From an uncultured virus (IMG/VR IMGVR_UViG_3300005617_000382) (taxonomy: Duplodnaviria; Heunggongvirae; Uroviricota; Caudoviricetes): DNA of 20,000 bases. Position numbers and translations under genes: made by a program. The notes below the pieces were generated by a model. The model did no database searches and was not told the DNA's origin. It saw nothing but the letters and a program-made list of their open reading frames with translations. The DNA lies in the IMG/VR virus record IMGVR_UViG_3300005617_000382; one strand, written 5' to 3'. Positions within the stretch are counted from its first letter, which is position 1; the number at the start of each line of letters is the position of its first letter. Shown in pieces: positions 1 to 8,397 of the stretch.

Positions 1-1
1 T

Positions 2-400
2 GAGCAGATACCGTGCACTGGATGCGACGGCACAGGCTGGCTCAAAGACGCCGCTGGCGTACCTCAGGCGCCGCGGCTCCACGCGAACCAGCGCGACTCC
101 GATGAGACGTCCGAGGCGTTCGAGGAGCGGTTGGTCGAAGCGATCGCGGATGCGCCCGACGCGTTTCTTCTGCGCGGTGTGGTCGTACGGCTCGAGCACG
201 AGTTGCCCGGGATGCGCCAGGACCTGCTCGATCAGATCGCTGTCGAGCAAACCGGCCTGACTCCGCGGAACCCTGACAGCTGTTCGCGCTACGGCGTGCT
301 GTGCCCGATGTTCGATGTGTGCGCCGGCCGCGCCAGCATCGACGACCTGGAACGCTTCCCCCGCGGTCGAGTTCATCCCGAGCTCGATGTTGCGGCCTGA
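2..400 (+). CDS. C-terminal part of a PD-(D/E)XK / Cas4-like exonuclease (5' truncated by window)
   Basis: Frame is open from base 2 (EQIPCTGCDGTGWLKD...). C-terminal PRNPDSCSRYGVLCPMFDVC resembles the three-Cys Fe-S motif of Cas4/AddB-like nucleases. Directly upstream of Sak4-like and SSB genes. Catalytic motif lies outside the window. Confidence 0.7.
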   Translation, partial: EQIPCTGCDGTGWLKDAAGVPQAPRLHANQRDSDETSEAFEERLVEAIADAPDAFLLRGVVVRLEHELPGMRQDLLDQIAVEQTGLTPRNPDSCSRYGVLCPMFDVCAGRASIDDLERFPRGRVHPELDVAA

Positions 401-429
401 CACCTGACGAGCGAAAGAGGCTCACGACA

Positions 430-1581
430 ATGGCAACACCGACACCAACTCCAGTACCCAAGCCAGCCGACAACGGCGTTGCTCCGGCTCCGGCCCAAGC
501 CGTTCGCCCGGCGCCCGCCGCGCCACGACCAGTCTCCGCGCTTCCAACGCGCCCACCAGCTGCGCCGGTCAAGCCGAAGTCCCGGCTCGGCCAGGTCCAG
601 CGCGGCATTCAGCGCGTTCCGCTGCGCCACCTGTTCTACGGGCCGCGCGGCGTCGGCAAGACGTCACTCGGCGCCGACGCCCCCAACCCGCTGTTCATCG
701 ACGTCGAAGGCGGATCGCTGACGTTCAACGCCACGCGATACACGTTCCGCGACGAGCCCGGCGGACACGTGCCGAGAACCTACGAGGAATTCCTCACCGC
801 GATCGACGACCTGATCGCGAATCCAGGGCACGGGTACTTGTCGCTGGTAATCGACACCATGGATGCGCTCGAGACCTTGATCCATGAGTACATCTGCCGC
901 CGAGACGGCAAGGCGAACATCGAGGCCTACGGATACGGCAAGGGCTACAAGATTCCGCTCGTCGAGATTCGCGTCCTGCTCGAGCGTTTCGACCGCATCA
1001 TCCATTCGGGGGTTGCAATCATCATCCTGGCCCACTCCGACGAGAAGACGTACAAGAACCCGCGAGGCCCCGATTACGATCGATTCAAGGCGCAGCTCAA
1101 CGAGATCGCCTGGGGGAAGTTCGCGGCGTGGTGCGACGTCTGCGGTTTCATCAACTTCGAAGGCGGCGGCGCCGCGCTCAAGGGCGACGAATCTCAGGCC
1201 AAGCGCGCACGGGGTTGGTCCACAGGCCGGAGGATGATCCAGCTGACGCCGGACGCTGCCGCGCCTGATGTGAAGTGCCGGCTGGCGCTGCCGACCGAGC
1301 TTGAGCTCGGCGAAGCGCACCCGTGGGCTCCGTTCGCCAGTGCGAAGCTCAAGGCCGAGGAAGCCACCGTCGAGACGCTCACCGTCGACATTCTTGCCGA
1401 GGTCGACCGCATCACCGGTGGTGACCACGCCGTCGAGTTCACCACCGATGCCGGAACGAAGACATCACACGCCGCGATCCTCGATCTCGCCACCAACAGT
1501 GACGCGAGCGTGCTCTCGCGTGTGCTCGCCGGCCTGAAGGCCACCGCTCCAATCGTCGCAACCCAGGAGACCACGCCATGA
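430..1581 (+). CDS. Sak4-like / AAA_24 phage ATP-binding recombination protein
   Basis: Walker A YGPRGVGKT, FIDVEGG, Walker B LVIDT, GYGKGY and IILAH motifs. ATG 430 has AAGAGG upstream. Pro/Ala-rich N-terminal extension. Confidence 0.85.
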   Translation: MATPTPTPVPKPADNGVAPAPAQAVRPAPAAPRPVSALPTRPPAAPVKPKSRLGQVQRGIQRVPLRHLFYGPRGVGKTSLGADAPNPLFIDVEGGSLTFNATRYTFRDEPGGHVPRTYEEFLTAIDDLIANPGHGYLSLVIDTMDALETLIHEYICRRDGKANIEAYGYGKGYKIPLVEIRVLLERFDRIIHSGVAIIILAHSDEKTYKNPRGPDYDRFKAQLNEIAWGKFAAWCDVCGFINFEGGGAALKGDESQAKRARGWSTGRRMIQLTPDAAAPDVKCRLALPTELELGEAHPWAPFASAKLKAEEATVETLTVDILAEVDRITGGDHAVEFTTDAGTKTSHAAILDLATNSDASVLSRVLAGLKATAPIVATQETTP

Positions 1582-2150
1582 CGCTACCGATGCAGAAGGC
1601 CACCTATCGCGCGCTCGCCACCTCGGCGCCAATTAAGTTCGGAAAGTCCAAGAACGGCAACGTTCAGATCGCCGTCGAGTTCGAAATCCTCGACAAGAAC
1701 GAAGCGGACGAGGACGTGTCGACCGGTGAGTACATCACTTGGATCGGTCACTTCACCGACAAAACGGCGAACCGCACGATCGAGTCGCTGCAACACGCGG
1801 GCTGGCAAGGTGATGATCCGTCTGACCTGAATGGCGTCTCAGCGTCATCCGAACTGCTGACTCCGGTCGAGCTGGTGTGCGAGCCCGAGGAGTGGGAGGG
1901 CGCACTGACACTCAAGGTGCAGTGGGTGAACAAGCCGGGCGCGGGCCGGTTCGCGTTCAAGGAGCCCATTAGCGACAACGAGCTCAAGGCGTTCGGTGCC
2001 CAGCTGCGCGCAAACGTGAAGGCTGTGCGTGCGGCCGGAGGTGATCCGCGCGCGCCACGGCAGCAGAGTGCGACGTCAAGGTCGAGCGGCAGCAGCGGAG
2101 CGCCTCGACATCCGAACGCGCCTGGCGCCGACGACGATATTCCGTTCTGA
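1578..2150 (+). CDS. Phage single-stranded DNA-binding protein (DUF669-like)
   Basis: SKNGN hairpin motif, Gly/Ser-rich linker, acidic tail DDDIPF; ATGA overlap with the Sak4-like gene. Confidence 0.8.
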   Translation: MTLPMQKATYRALATSAPIKFGKSKNGNVQIAVEFEILDKNEADEDVSTGEYITWIGHFTDKTANRTIESLQHAGWQGDDPSDLNGVSASSELLTPVELVCEPEEWEGALTLKVQWVNKPGAGRFAFKEPISDNELKAFGAQLRANVKAVRAAGGDPRAPRQQSATSRSSGSSGAPRHPNAPGADDDIPF

Positions 2151-2162
2151 CCCAGGAGCGCC

Positions 2163-2720
2163 ATGTCAATCACTATCAACACCAACGCCCTCGCCGCTGT
2201 CGCCAAGTGGGCGCTTCCGACGTTGGACCGTCCGCACCTCCACATGGTGCTGTTCACCAATGGCGAGTACGTCGCCTGTGACGGCCATCGGCTGGTTCGG
2301 GTGCCATGCGCATACGATGGCGAGCCGTTCGGCGTGGACCGATCGTATCTGCTCGCGACAGCGGCGGCACAGCAGGCATTGCCGAACCACGACGATGATC
2401 TGGCGATCGAGTGCAAAGACGGTTGCATCTACCTGACGATCGCCAACGGCGTGAAGTTCGCTGTACCGGCACGCGATCCGACCGTGTATCCGCCGTACGA
2501 GCAGGTGATGCCGAAGCCTGGCACGCCAGATCAGCCCAGACCGAACGGCTACGGATTCAATCCCCGATATCTCGCCGAGATGGATGCGATCAACTCGGCG
2601 ATCTCCGAAGGCGACAATAACTACGTGAAGCTTGTGGCGTGGAATTCGGACCGTCTCGGTGCTGTGCTGTTCGAGGGCGCCGGTGGAGTTCGGTTCGTCA
2701 TCATGCCGGCGAGGATATAG
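2163..2720 (+). CDS. Short DNA polymerase III beta-clamp-like protein
   Basis: VACDGHRL (cf. ATDGHRL), YPPYEQVMP, GFNPRYL and C-terminal FVIMPARI match DnaN motifs; only 185 aa; AGGAG RBS. Confidence 0.7.
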   Translation: MSITINTNALAAVAKWALPTLDRPHLHMVLFTNGEYVACDGHRLVRVPCAYDGEPFGVDRSYLLATAAAQQALPNHDDDLAIECKDGCIYLTIANGVKFAVPARDPTVYPPYEQVMPKPGTPDQPRPNGYGFNPRYLAEMDAINSAISEGDNNYVKLVAWNSDRLGAVLFEGAGGVRFVIMPARI

Positions 2721-2722
2721 CG

Positions 2723-2896
2723 ATGCTGACCGGACACGCTGCCCGACTCGCCGGTGCCGTACGCCGTAACTTCGAGCTTCTGCGAGAGCTCGAGAAAACC
2801 GAGCCGGCTGCCGTCGATGCGATCGTGGCGATGATGGCGGCACACCTCCGCAGCTGGAAGCCATTGGCGTTGATCGCTGCGCAGGTGACGCCGTGA
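2723..2896 (+). CDS. Hypothetical protein (57 aa)
   Basis: ATG 2723 with GAGGA upstream; stop overlaps the next GTG. Confidence 0.5.
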   Translation: MLTGHAARLAGAVRRNFELLRELEKTEPAAVDAIVAMMAAHLRSWKPLALIAAQVTP

Positions 2897-3189
2897 GCGG
2901 TCGTCTCGTCTCCTACACCTGCCGCAAGCACGGCGACTTCTCGGTCAAGGTGCGCTGTGGCTACGGTTATGGACCGGCGCCGAAGCAGCAAGAGTGCCCC
3001 GTACCGGAGTGCTTCCGGCTGGGCGACCGGAGACACGATGCCGAGGCACGCCAGCGCCGCGACACCGTCCGGTCGATCGCGGTTCCGACGCCGGTGTACG
3101 ACCGTCTCAAACAGCACTGCGACGCACATGGAATCTCCATGGCTCAATGGATCGACGCGCACACAACGGACATCGGAGGTGGCGAGTGA
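2893..3189 (+). CDS. Zn-ribbon plus ribbon-helix-helix DNA-binding protein
   Basis: CRKHG...CPVPEC metal-binding motif, then RSIAVPTPVYDRLKQHCDAHGISMAQWID, an RHH-like pattern. Confidence 0.6.
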   Translation: MSGRLVSYTCRKHGDFSVKVRCGYGYGPAPKQQECPVPECFRLGDRRHDAEARQRRDTVRSIAVPTPVYDRLKQHCDAHGISMAQWIDAHTTDIGGGE

Positions 3190-3434
3190 TGAAGGACCTC
3201 GACGAGGACGAACTAGCAGAGTGTACCGACCCAGGCGACGGAAGCTGCGAGCATCTAATCACGGCAAGGATGGCTGCGGAGATCAGGAGGCGCCGCGACG
3301 CCTTCACCCCGGATGCTGTAATCGCCGTCATCGACTACGTGCTCGATGAGAGCGGCCTGGGGCCGAAGTCGAGAGCGTCGGTTCGTGCGTTCGCACTGCA
3401 GATGCTGGCGAGGAGCACGCCATGGCCGACTTGA
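3189..3434 (+). CDS. Hypothetical protein (MKDLDEDELAE...)
   Basis: GGAGG RBS, TGATG coupling; N-terminus resembles the next two ORFs. Confidence 0.6.
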   Translation: MKDLDEDELAECTDPGDGSCEHLITARMAAEIRRRRDAFTPDAVIAVIDYVLDESGLGPKSRASVRAFALQMLARSTPWPT

Positions 3435-3706
3435 CCGACTACGACCTGGAGCACTCGATCGTCGATCTCGGCGGGATCGATGTCGTCAACGCATCCAACG
3501 CCGAGTGGTGCCGCGTGCTCGCCGAGCTGTACCGGCGCCGTGCCGCGGTCAAGGCGTTCGCCGATACCGTCGATGCGGCCGTCCGCGCCAACGCTCGGCG
3601 CGGTCAGGGCGGTCAACAGGTTTCGTTCCACGGCGACTTCTGCGCGGCGACACCGGGCGTGCTTAACCGACTCGAGTGGTGGGCGCGACACCTGAAGGGA
3701 GAATGA
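3422..3706 (+). CDS. Hypothetical protein (MADLTDYDLEH...)
   Basis: GAGGAG RBS; overlaps both neighbours in the operon. Confidence 0.6.
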   Translation: MADLTDYDLEHSIVDLGGIDVVNASNAEWCRVLAELYRRRAAVKAFADTVDAAVRANARRGQGGQQVSFHGDFCAATPGVLNRLEWWARHLKGE

Positions 3707-4095
3707 AGATGGCGGATTTGACGGATGAGGAACTGGCGGAGCACCTGGCGTGCTGGACACCGGGATCAATTCTGCATCGACTATGCACCGAAGTGACGCG
3801 TCATCGCTCCGCCCGTGCCACCGACGAGGAGCGGGTGCGGAGCGTGGTGCGCGAGGCAGTGATGGACGTATGTGAGCACTGGCGATACGAAGGCAAGGCC
3901 GTCGAGACCGCCGCAACGCTCATCGCCACCCGCGCCGCGAAGCAGCTGGCCGTGGCGGTGGTGAGGCTGGATCTGACCGAAGGCGAACTACAAGTCATAC
4001 AATGGTTGATCGATGATGCGCCCGCAACTCATCGAGGCGATCTGATCCGGCGAGTCTGCCGAAGGGTTCTCCTCGCCACCCGGAGCGCCCCATGA
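3703..4095 (+). CDS. Hypothetical protein (MKMADLTDEELAE...)
   Basis: ATGA coupling at 3703; alternative ATG at 3709 with GGGAGA RBS. Confidence 0.6.
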   Translation: MKMADLTDEELAEHLACWTPGSILHRLCTEVTRHRSARATDEERVRSVVREAVMDVCEHWRYEGKAVETAATLIATRAAKQLAVAVVRLDLTEGELQVIQWLIDDAPATHRGDLIRRVCRRVLLATRSAP

Positions 4096-4427
4096 TCATC
4101 ACCCTCGCCACCATCCGCGGACCGGTCAGCGTCGACGCCACAGTCACCGGTGAGTGGGCCAGCCATCGCGATCCATTCGACACTGGCATCGCCGGTCCGC
4201 ACGAGCGCTGGACGGTGACCCACGTCCCGACCGGTCTTCGTATTCCGCGTCTTCTGACCAGCAAGAGAGCTCGCGACCTGGCTGAGCGACTGTCGAAGGA
4301 GGTGCCGACGCTGGGTGTCCCGGCAACGATAGTACCGACCAGGCAGGTCAGGGTCGACGACCTCGGACCGGGATACGCAGCAGTCCTCGCGCGTCTGACC
4401 GGAATCGTCGACGAGGTGTGCACATGA
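4092..4427 (+). CDS. Hypothetical phage protein
   Basis: ATGA overlap, GGAG RBS, WTVTHVPTG motif. Confidence 0.6.
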   Translation: MIITLATIRGPVSVDATVTGEWASHRDPFDTGIAGPHERWTVTHVPTGLRIPRLLTSKRARDLAERLSKEVPTLGVPATIVPTRQVRVDDLGPGYAAVLARLTGIVDEVCT

Positions 4428-4942
4428 CACTCGACGACTACCACATCAAGCACGCGCTTAAGGTCGCATCGCGTTCGCCGTGCCGAAGTAAGCGCGGCGT
4501 GGTGCTATTCAACGCTACGACTGGAGCGCACCGCGGCGAGGGCCATAACGGACCGCCGTCGCCGTTGACCTGCCCGGGTCGAGAGCGCTGCGCCGGTACG
4601 TGCGGTCAGCGGTCTGTGCACGCAGAGATGCGGGCGCTGCGCGATGCCGAAGGCTATCGCCGATATCACGAAACCGGACCATACGAGCTACTTCACGTCG
4701 AACTCGCGCCAGATGGCGGTGTCGTCGCCTGCAGCGGTCCGAGCTGCTGGCAGTGCGCGAGGGAGATTCTTGACGTCGGCTTCATCGATGGTGTGTGGCT
4801 GTACGAGCGAGCCGGATGTCCACACTGCGAGGCCGGTGAAGTAGCCCAGGACAAGCAATGTCCGCGCGGATCCGGCGGCTGGCGCCGCTACACCGCCGAA
4901 GAGTTCTACCGCGTCACGCTCGTCAACTGCGGAATCACATGA
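4424..4942 (+). CDS. Zinc-dependent cytidine/dCMP deaminase-family protein
   Basis: SPCRSKRGVV, GHNGPP, HAEMRAL and PSCWQC match the HxE...PCxxC deaminase signature. Confidence 0.8.
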   Translation: MTLDDYHIKHALKVASRSPCRSKRGVVLFNATTGAHRGEGHNGPPSPLTCPGRERCAGTCGQRSVHAEMRALRDAEGYRRYHETGPYELLHVELAPDGGVVACSGPSCWQCAREILDVGFIDGVWLYERAGCPHCEAGEVAQDKQCPRGSGGWRRYTAEEFYRVTLVNCGIT

Positions 4943-5112
4943 GACCCACCGACACCCCGTCACCGACGTCGCACTACTACCCGTCGTGGCTCACCGCGAG
5001 GCAGTCGCTGTACCACGCGTGCTGCGCGCGAACTGCGGCGCATCGATTCGACTGTCCGGTGGTGCGGCCGGAGCGCAGGGAGCGCGGTCCGGTGTGGAGG
5101 AGGAGACCGTGA
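4939..5112 (+). CDS. Hypothetical protein (57 aa)
   Basis: ATGA/GTGA overlaps at both ends. Confidence 0.4.
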   Translation: MRPTDTPSPTSHYYPSWLTARQSLYHACCARTAAHRFDCPVVRPERRERGPVWRRRP

Positions 5113-5360
5113 GCCGCCGCCGGAAGTTCCGTCCGATCGTGTCGAAGATCGGTTCAGCCGCGTTCTGCGACAACGGAGCGATGATCACGTATGACGACAT
5201 CGACGCGGCGCTCGACGCTGACCGCTCAGCCGGGTTCCGGGACCCGACAACCGAAGAGGTTGACCTGCTGGTGTTCGGCGACGACGACGGACGTATACCG
5301 CGCAGACTGATGAAGCTGCACCCGGCGCTGAACGCACTGCTCACCAGGGAGATGACATGA
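5109..5360 (+). CDS. Hypothetical protein
   Basis: GGAGGAGGAG RBS before GTG 5109; coupled to the next gene. Confidence 0.55.
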   Translation: MSRRRKFRPIVSKIGSAAFCDNGAMITYDDIDAALDADRSAGFRDPTTEEVDLLVFGDDDGRIPRRLMKLHPALNALLTREMT

Positions 5361-5548
5361 CCTGGTACCTGCTCCCCATCGCCGCCTCGCTCCTCGCCTG
5401 CCTGCTGTCGTACCGCGTCGGTTGGCGACGAGGAGATCGTGCAGCTCGTCGACGTCTCGTGCCGATGCTGGACCAGCGCGGGCGGGACCTACGGGCCGCG
5501 GAGTACAAGGTGGCGCGGTTGGAGGAGAGGAGCGGGCCATGGGTGTGA
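5357..5548 (+). CDS. Small membrane protein
   Basis: N-terminal hydrophobic helix, basic/coiled tail, GGGAG RBS. Confidence 0.55.
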   Translation: MTWYLLPIAASLLACLLSYRVGWRRGDRAARRRLVPMLDQRGRDLRAAEYKVARLEERSGPWV

Positions 5549-5724
5549 AGCTGACGAAGCAAGGCGTCCGCGACCTAGGCGGAGCACGGCCGCCGCGTCG
5601 CCGACTGGTCTACACGTGTCCGCACATCTGGGAACGTGAAGTCGAGTGGAGCTGCTGGAGCGGATGGGACGAGCAGTTCAGGGCGATCTATCGGTGCGGG
5701 CTGTGCCAGGAGATCCGTAGGTGA
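5539..5724 (+). CDS. Small Zn-finger-like protein
   Basis: CPH...CGLC motif; GAGGAG RBS. Confidence 0.55.
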   Translation: MGVKLTKQGVRDLGGARPPRRRLVYTCPHIWEREVEWSCWSGWDEQFRAIYRCGLCQEIRR

Positions 5725-5987
5725 CCACCACCGCCGCGCTGCTCGAGGCAATCCGCGCTGTTGTGCGCGAGGAGCTTGAACGCGATCGGCACTCCCGGGT
5801 ATCCGAGGAACCATGCGAACCACCCCACGTATCAACGGTCCCTACAAGCACGGTCGAAAGTGGCGCGTCCAGTTCACTACAGGAAGCGGCAGAGATCGGT
5901 CGACGACATACAAGGTCTTTGATACGCGCGCAGCGGCGGAGGCTTGCGTCGACGGCGCTCGGGACGAAGCGCAAGGCGTCACGGTGA
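5721..5987 (+). CDS. Possible excisionase-like or small regulatory protein overlapping the integrase 5' end
   Basis: AGGAG RBS, GTGA coupling; LEAIRAVVREELER resembles N-termini of phage HTH/Xis proteins; HTH itself not clear. Confidence 0.35.
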   Translation: MTTTAALLEAIRAVVREELERDRHSRVSEEPCEPPHVSTVPTSTVESGASSSLQEAAEIGRRHTRSLIRAQRRRLASTALGTKRKASR

Positions 5988-6856
5988 AGATGGCCGTTGA
6001 CCAGTGGCTGACCGAGAAGCGTGCCGCTGGCTTGGCCGACGTCACGATCGCGGGCTACCGGGCACGACTGACGGCGCTGCTGGGGCCAGCGCTGAGCCGA
6101 CCGCTGCGCTACGTGCGGACCCGCGGCGCAGAGCTCTACATCGGCGTGCTCAACGGCCGGCGCCCCGACACGCATCAGCACGCGCTCGTGATCGGCGGCA
6201 TGTGGGGCCGCTGGTGCGTGAAGCGCAAGCTGCTCAAGGAGAACCCGTTCGCCGACGTCGACCCGGTCGGCCGCAAGACGCTCGGCGCCGACAAATCGCG
6301 GCTCACTGTGGACGAGTCGCGCATTCTCTACGGCTGGTGTCTCGAGCAGCCGGACAACGCTGATGCGATCCTGACGCTGGGCTACCTGCTGCTCGGCTCG
6401 CGCGCATCGGAGCTGACGAAACGCGACGTCCGTGACCTGGACGACAGCGGCCGGATGCTGTGGATTCGCGCAACCAAGACTGCCGCGGGTCGCCGTCGCC
6501 TGATCGTGCCACCCGAGCTGGTGCCACTGCTACTCGGCCTGTGCGGCGATCGCAGGCCTGACGCACCGATCTTCGCGCACCCTGATGGGTCCCGCTGGAC
6601 ACGACAGCTCGCGCGCCGCAAGGTGATGTCGTGCTGCAAGGCCGCTGGCGTTCCGGTGCTGCCACCCCAGGCGCTGCGCAGGACGCAGGCCACGCTCGCG
6701 ACCGAAGCAGGCGAGACGGCTCTCGCGGTGGCGTACCACCTCGGCCAGGCCGTCAAAGCGGCGCCTGCTGTTACTACGAGGTCGTACATTGGACGGGACG
6801 CGGCGCAAGAAGCGACGGCGCATCGGGCGAGGAAGTCGATTCAGGGGCTGAACTGA
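5813..6856 (+). CDS. int: Tyrosine recombinase / phage integrase
   Basis: Arm-binding-like N-terminus (KWRVQF...FDTRAAAEA); GSRASEL (R), TKT (K), QALRR (HxxR position), HLGQ, TTRSY (catalytic Y); GAGGA RBS. Confidence 0.9.
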   Translation: MRTTPRINGPYKHGRKWRVQFTTGSGRDRSTTYKVFDTRAAAEACVDGARDEAQGVTVKMAVDQWLTEKRAAGLADVTIAGYRARLTALLGPALSRPLRYVRTRGAELYIGVLNGRRPDTHQHALVIGGMWGRWCVKRKLLKENPFADVDPVGRKTLGADKSRLTVDESRILYGWCLEQPDNADAILTLGYLLLGSRASELTKRDVRDLDDSGRMLWIRATKTAAGRRRLIVPPELVPLLLGLCGDRRPDAPIFAHPDGSRWTRQLARRKVMSCCKAAGVPVLPPQALRRTQATLATEAGETALAVAYHLGQAVKAAPAVTTRSYIGRDAAQEATAHRARKSIQGLN

Positions 6857-7005
6857 TGACTGGGTACACCACTGGAAGCACATTGGGAGCAAACGACCGA
6901 TCGCAATGAAATCCTCGTCGGAAACTGCTCTTCATTCCAGCACCCGTTCTACTGGTACGACCGACGAGGTCAACGATGCCGTGATCCCACGGCCGACGAC
7001 AAAAG
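6857..7005. other. Putative attP / integrase-binding region
   Basis: Apparently non-coding gap after int with three spaced related repeats (TGGGTACAC, TGGAAGCAC, TGGGAGCAA) and inverted repeats CCTCGTCGG/CCGACGAGG and GCCGTG/CACGGC. Confidence 0.4.
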
Positions 7006-7017
7006 TTGGAAACCACC

Positions 7018-7368
7018 ATGAACCACGGACGACGTCAGCGACACCCGGACAAGTACACGGCAGCCATCTACTTCGCGCAGTGCCAGGACGAGAACGGCTA
7101 CATCAAGATCGGCTACACGAAGGACGTGAACGCGCGGATCGCCAGCTTCCAGTGCGGCTGCCCGTATCCGATCGTGCTGATCGCGTGGTTCACCAGCGAC
7201 GACGCCAAGAACGTCGAGGCCACGCTTCTGGAGCGCTTCAAGCACCTACGCGTGCGCTGCGAGTGGTTCCGGCCTGAGCTAGAGCTCTTGGATGCGATCG
7301 CTCAGATCGGCAGCGTGAAGAGTGCATCGTCCAGAGTAGCGGCAGCGCTCGGTTACGCTGGTGGGTGA
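7018..7368 (+). CDS. T5orf172 / GIY-YIG family nuclease
   Basis: IYFAQ...YIKIGYT...R...Q...E...R..EWF pattern typical of T5orf172/MUG113. Confidence 0.85.
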   Translation: MNHGRRQRHPDKYTAAIYFAQCQDENGYIKIGYTKDVNARIASFQCGCPYPIVLIAWFTSDDAKNVEATLLERFKHLRVRCEWFRPELELLDAIAQIGSVKSASSRVAAALGYAGG

Positions 7369-7450
7369 AACCCGGTGGGTATCGACGACGAGCACAGCGT
7401 TCAGGTTCGCTCACCAACGAACAGACAGCAGAACTCGAAAGGACACCGAG

Positions 7451-7889
7451 GATGAAAACGCATAATACGCGCGGCCTCAAGGAGGCCAGCAAAGAACGCT
7501 CAATGGTCAGCGGAACCGGAGGCGGCAACCGTTCCAAAGGCAAGCCACGCCGGATCAGGGGTACGTCTACGATCTATGGCGGACCAAACATGTACCCGCT
7601 CGCCGGCTGCCCTGGGTGGTTCACGAATTCTCCTCCGCCGCACCTGCAGACCGACGAAGACAAGTTCGTCATCCGTTGGAACCTCGAGCCCAAGAGCTAC
7701 TTCCGTCAGATGACCGGCATTGGTCCGGCGTTCGGCGTCTCACTCGCAGAAACGCCGCGGTTCGACAGTGCGCTCGAAGCTCAGCGCGTCATCGATCGCT
7801 TTCCGATGGTGGCCGAGGTTGGCTCCGAGGTAGAGACGGTTCGGGGCCGACTCAGCTATGCGTTGCGTTCCGGAGACGCCAAGCCATGA
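7451..7889 (+). CDS. Hypothetical protein
   Basis: ORF coupled to the next ATG; start uncertain (7365, 7451 or later). Confidence 0.45.
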
Positions 7890-8188
7890 CCAAGGAACGA
7901 GACCTCGCTCTTCTCGACGCTGCTGTAGAACCTGAAGGGGGACACGCGGTTGCGGGTGGAGGGGATGAGCGTGTACCGGCTATCTACCCCGATGGGCTGT
8001 CGGATGCGATCCGTGTCGCCACACGAGACGCGGTTCGATTGGTCCTCGATGATCAATCCGCCACCTTCGTTGTGGGCGGCTGTGTGCTCGATCTGCACGG
8101 CCTTCGGCGGAGGCAACACCTGGCGTTCGTGGCGGATGTTGTCGCGTCTCGAGTCGCCGATGCCGTCGCCGGAAAAGGAACGAGATGA
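7886..8188 (+). CDS. Hypothetical protein
   Basis: ATGA overlaps at both ends; GGAG RBS. Confidence 0.5.
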   Translation: MTKERDLALLDAAVEPEGGHAVAGGGDERVPAIYPDGLSDAIRVATRDAVRLVLDDQSATFVVGGCVLDLHGLRRRQHLAFVADVVASRVADAVAGKGTR

Positions 8189-8397
8189 ACGAAACGAACG
8201 AGACGAAGAGGCGCATCATGAAGCTGATCGAGCAGTACGGCACCGCGCGCTCCCAGGAAGAGTTGGCCGGCTCTCGTGATGCTCCTGGGTCGGTTGTCAA
8301 GCGACACTACGACCGCGGACAGCAGGCGTGGGAGGAGATCGGCCAGGAGATCGATGCACTGCTGACCGCCACCCGCCCCACGCAGAAGGATGGATGA
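8185..8397 (+). CDS. Hypothetical protein (helical, 70 aa)
   Basis: AAGGA RBS; coupled. Confidence 0.55.
   Translation: MNETNETKRRIMKLIEQYGTARSQEELAGSRDAPGSVVKRHYDRGQQAWEEIGQEIDALLTATRPTQKDG

Noticed and set aside
2..400. Cas4-like protein as a sign of CRISPR-Cas
   Set aside because: No repeat-spacer array or other cas genes seen; context is phage recombination.
405..420. CTGACGAGCGAAA resembles a hammerhead ribozyme core
   Set aside because: No stem II, and no convincing stems I/III or cleavage triplet; it overlaps the Sak4 RBS.
4092..4427. THVPTG resembles the release-factor motif
   Set aside because: No GGQ or other release-factor features.
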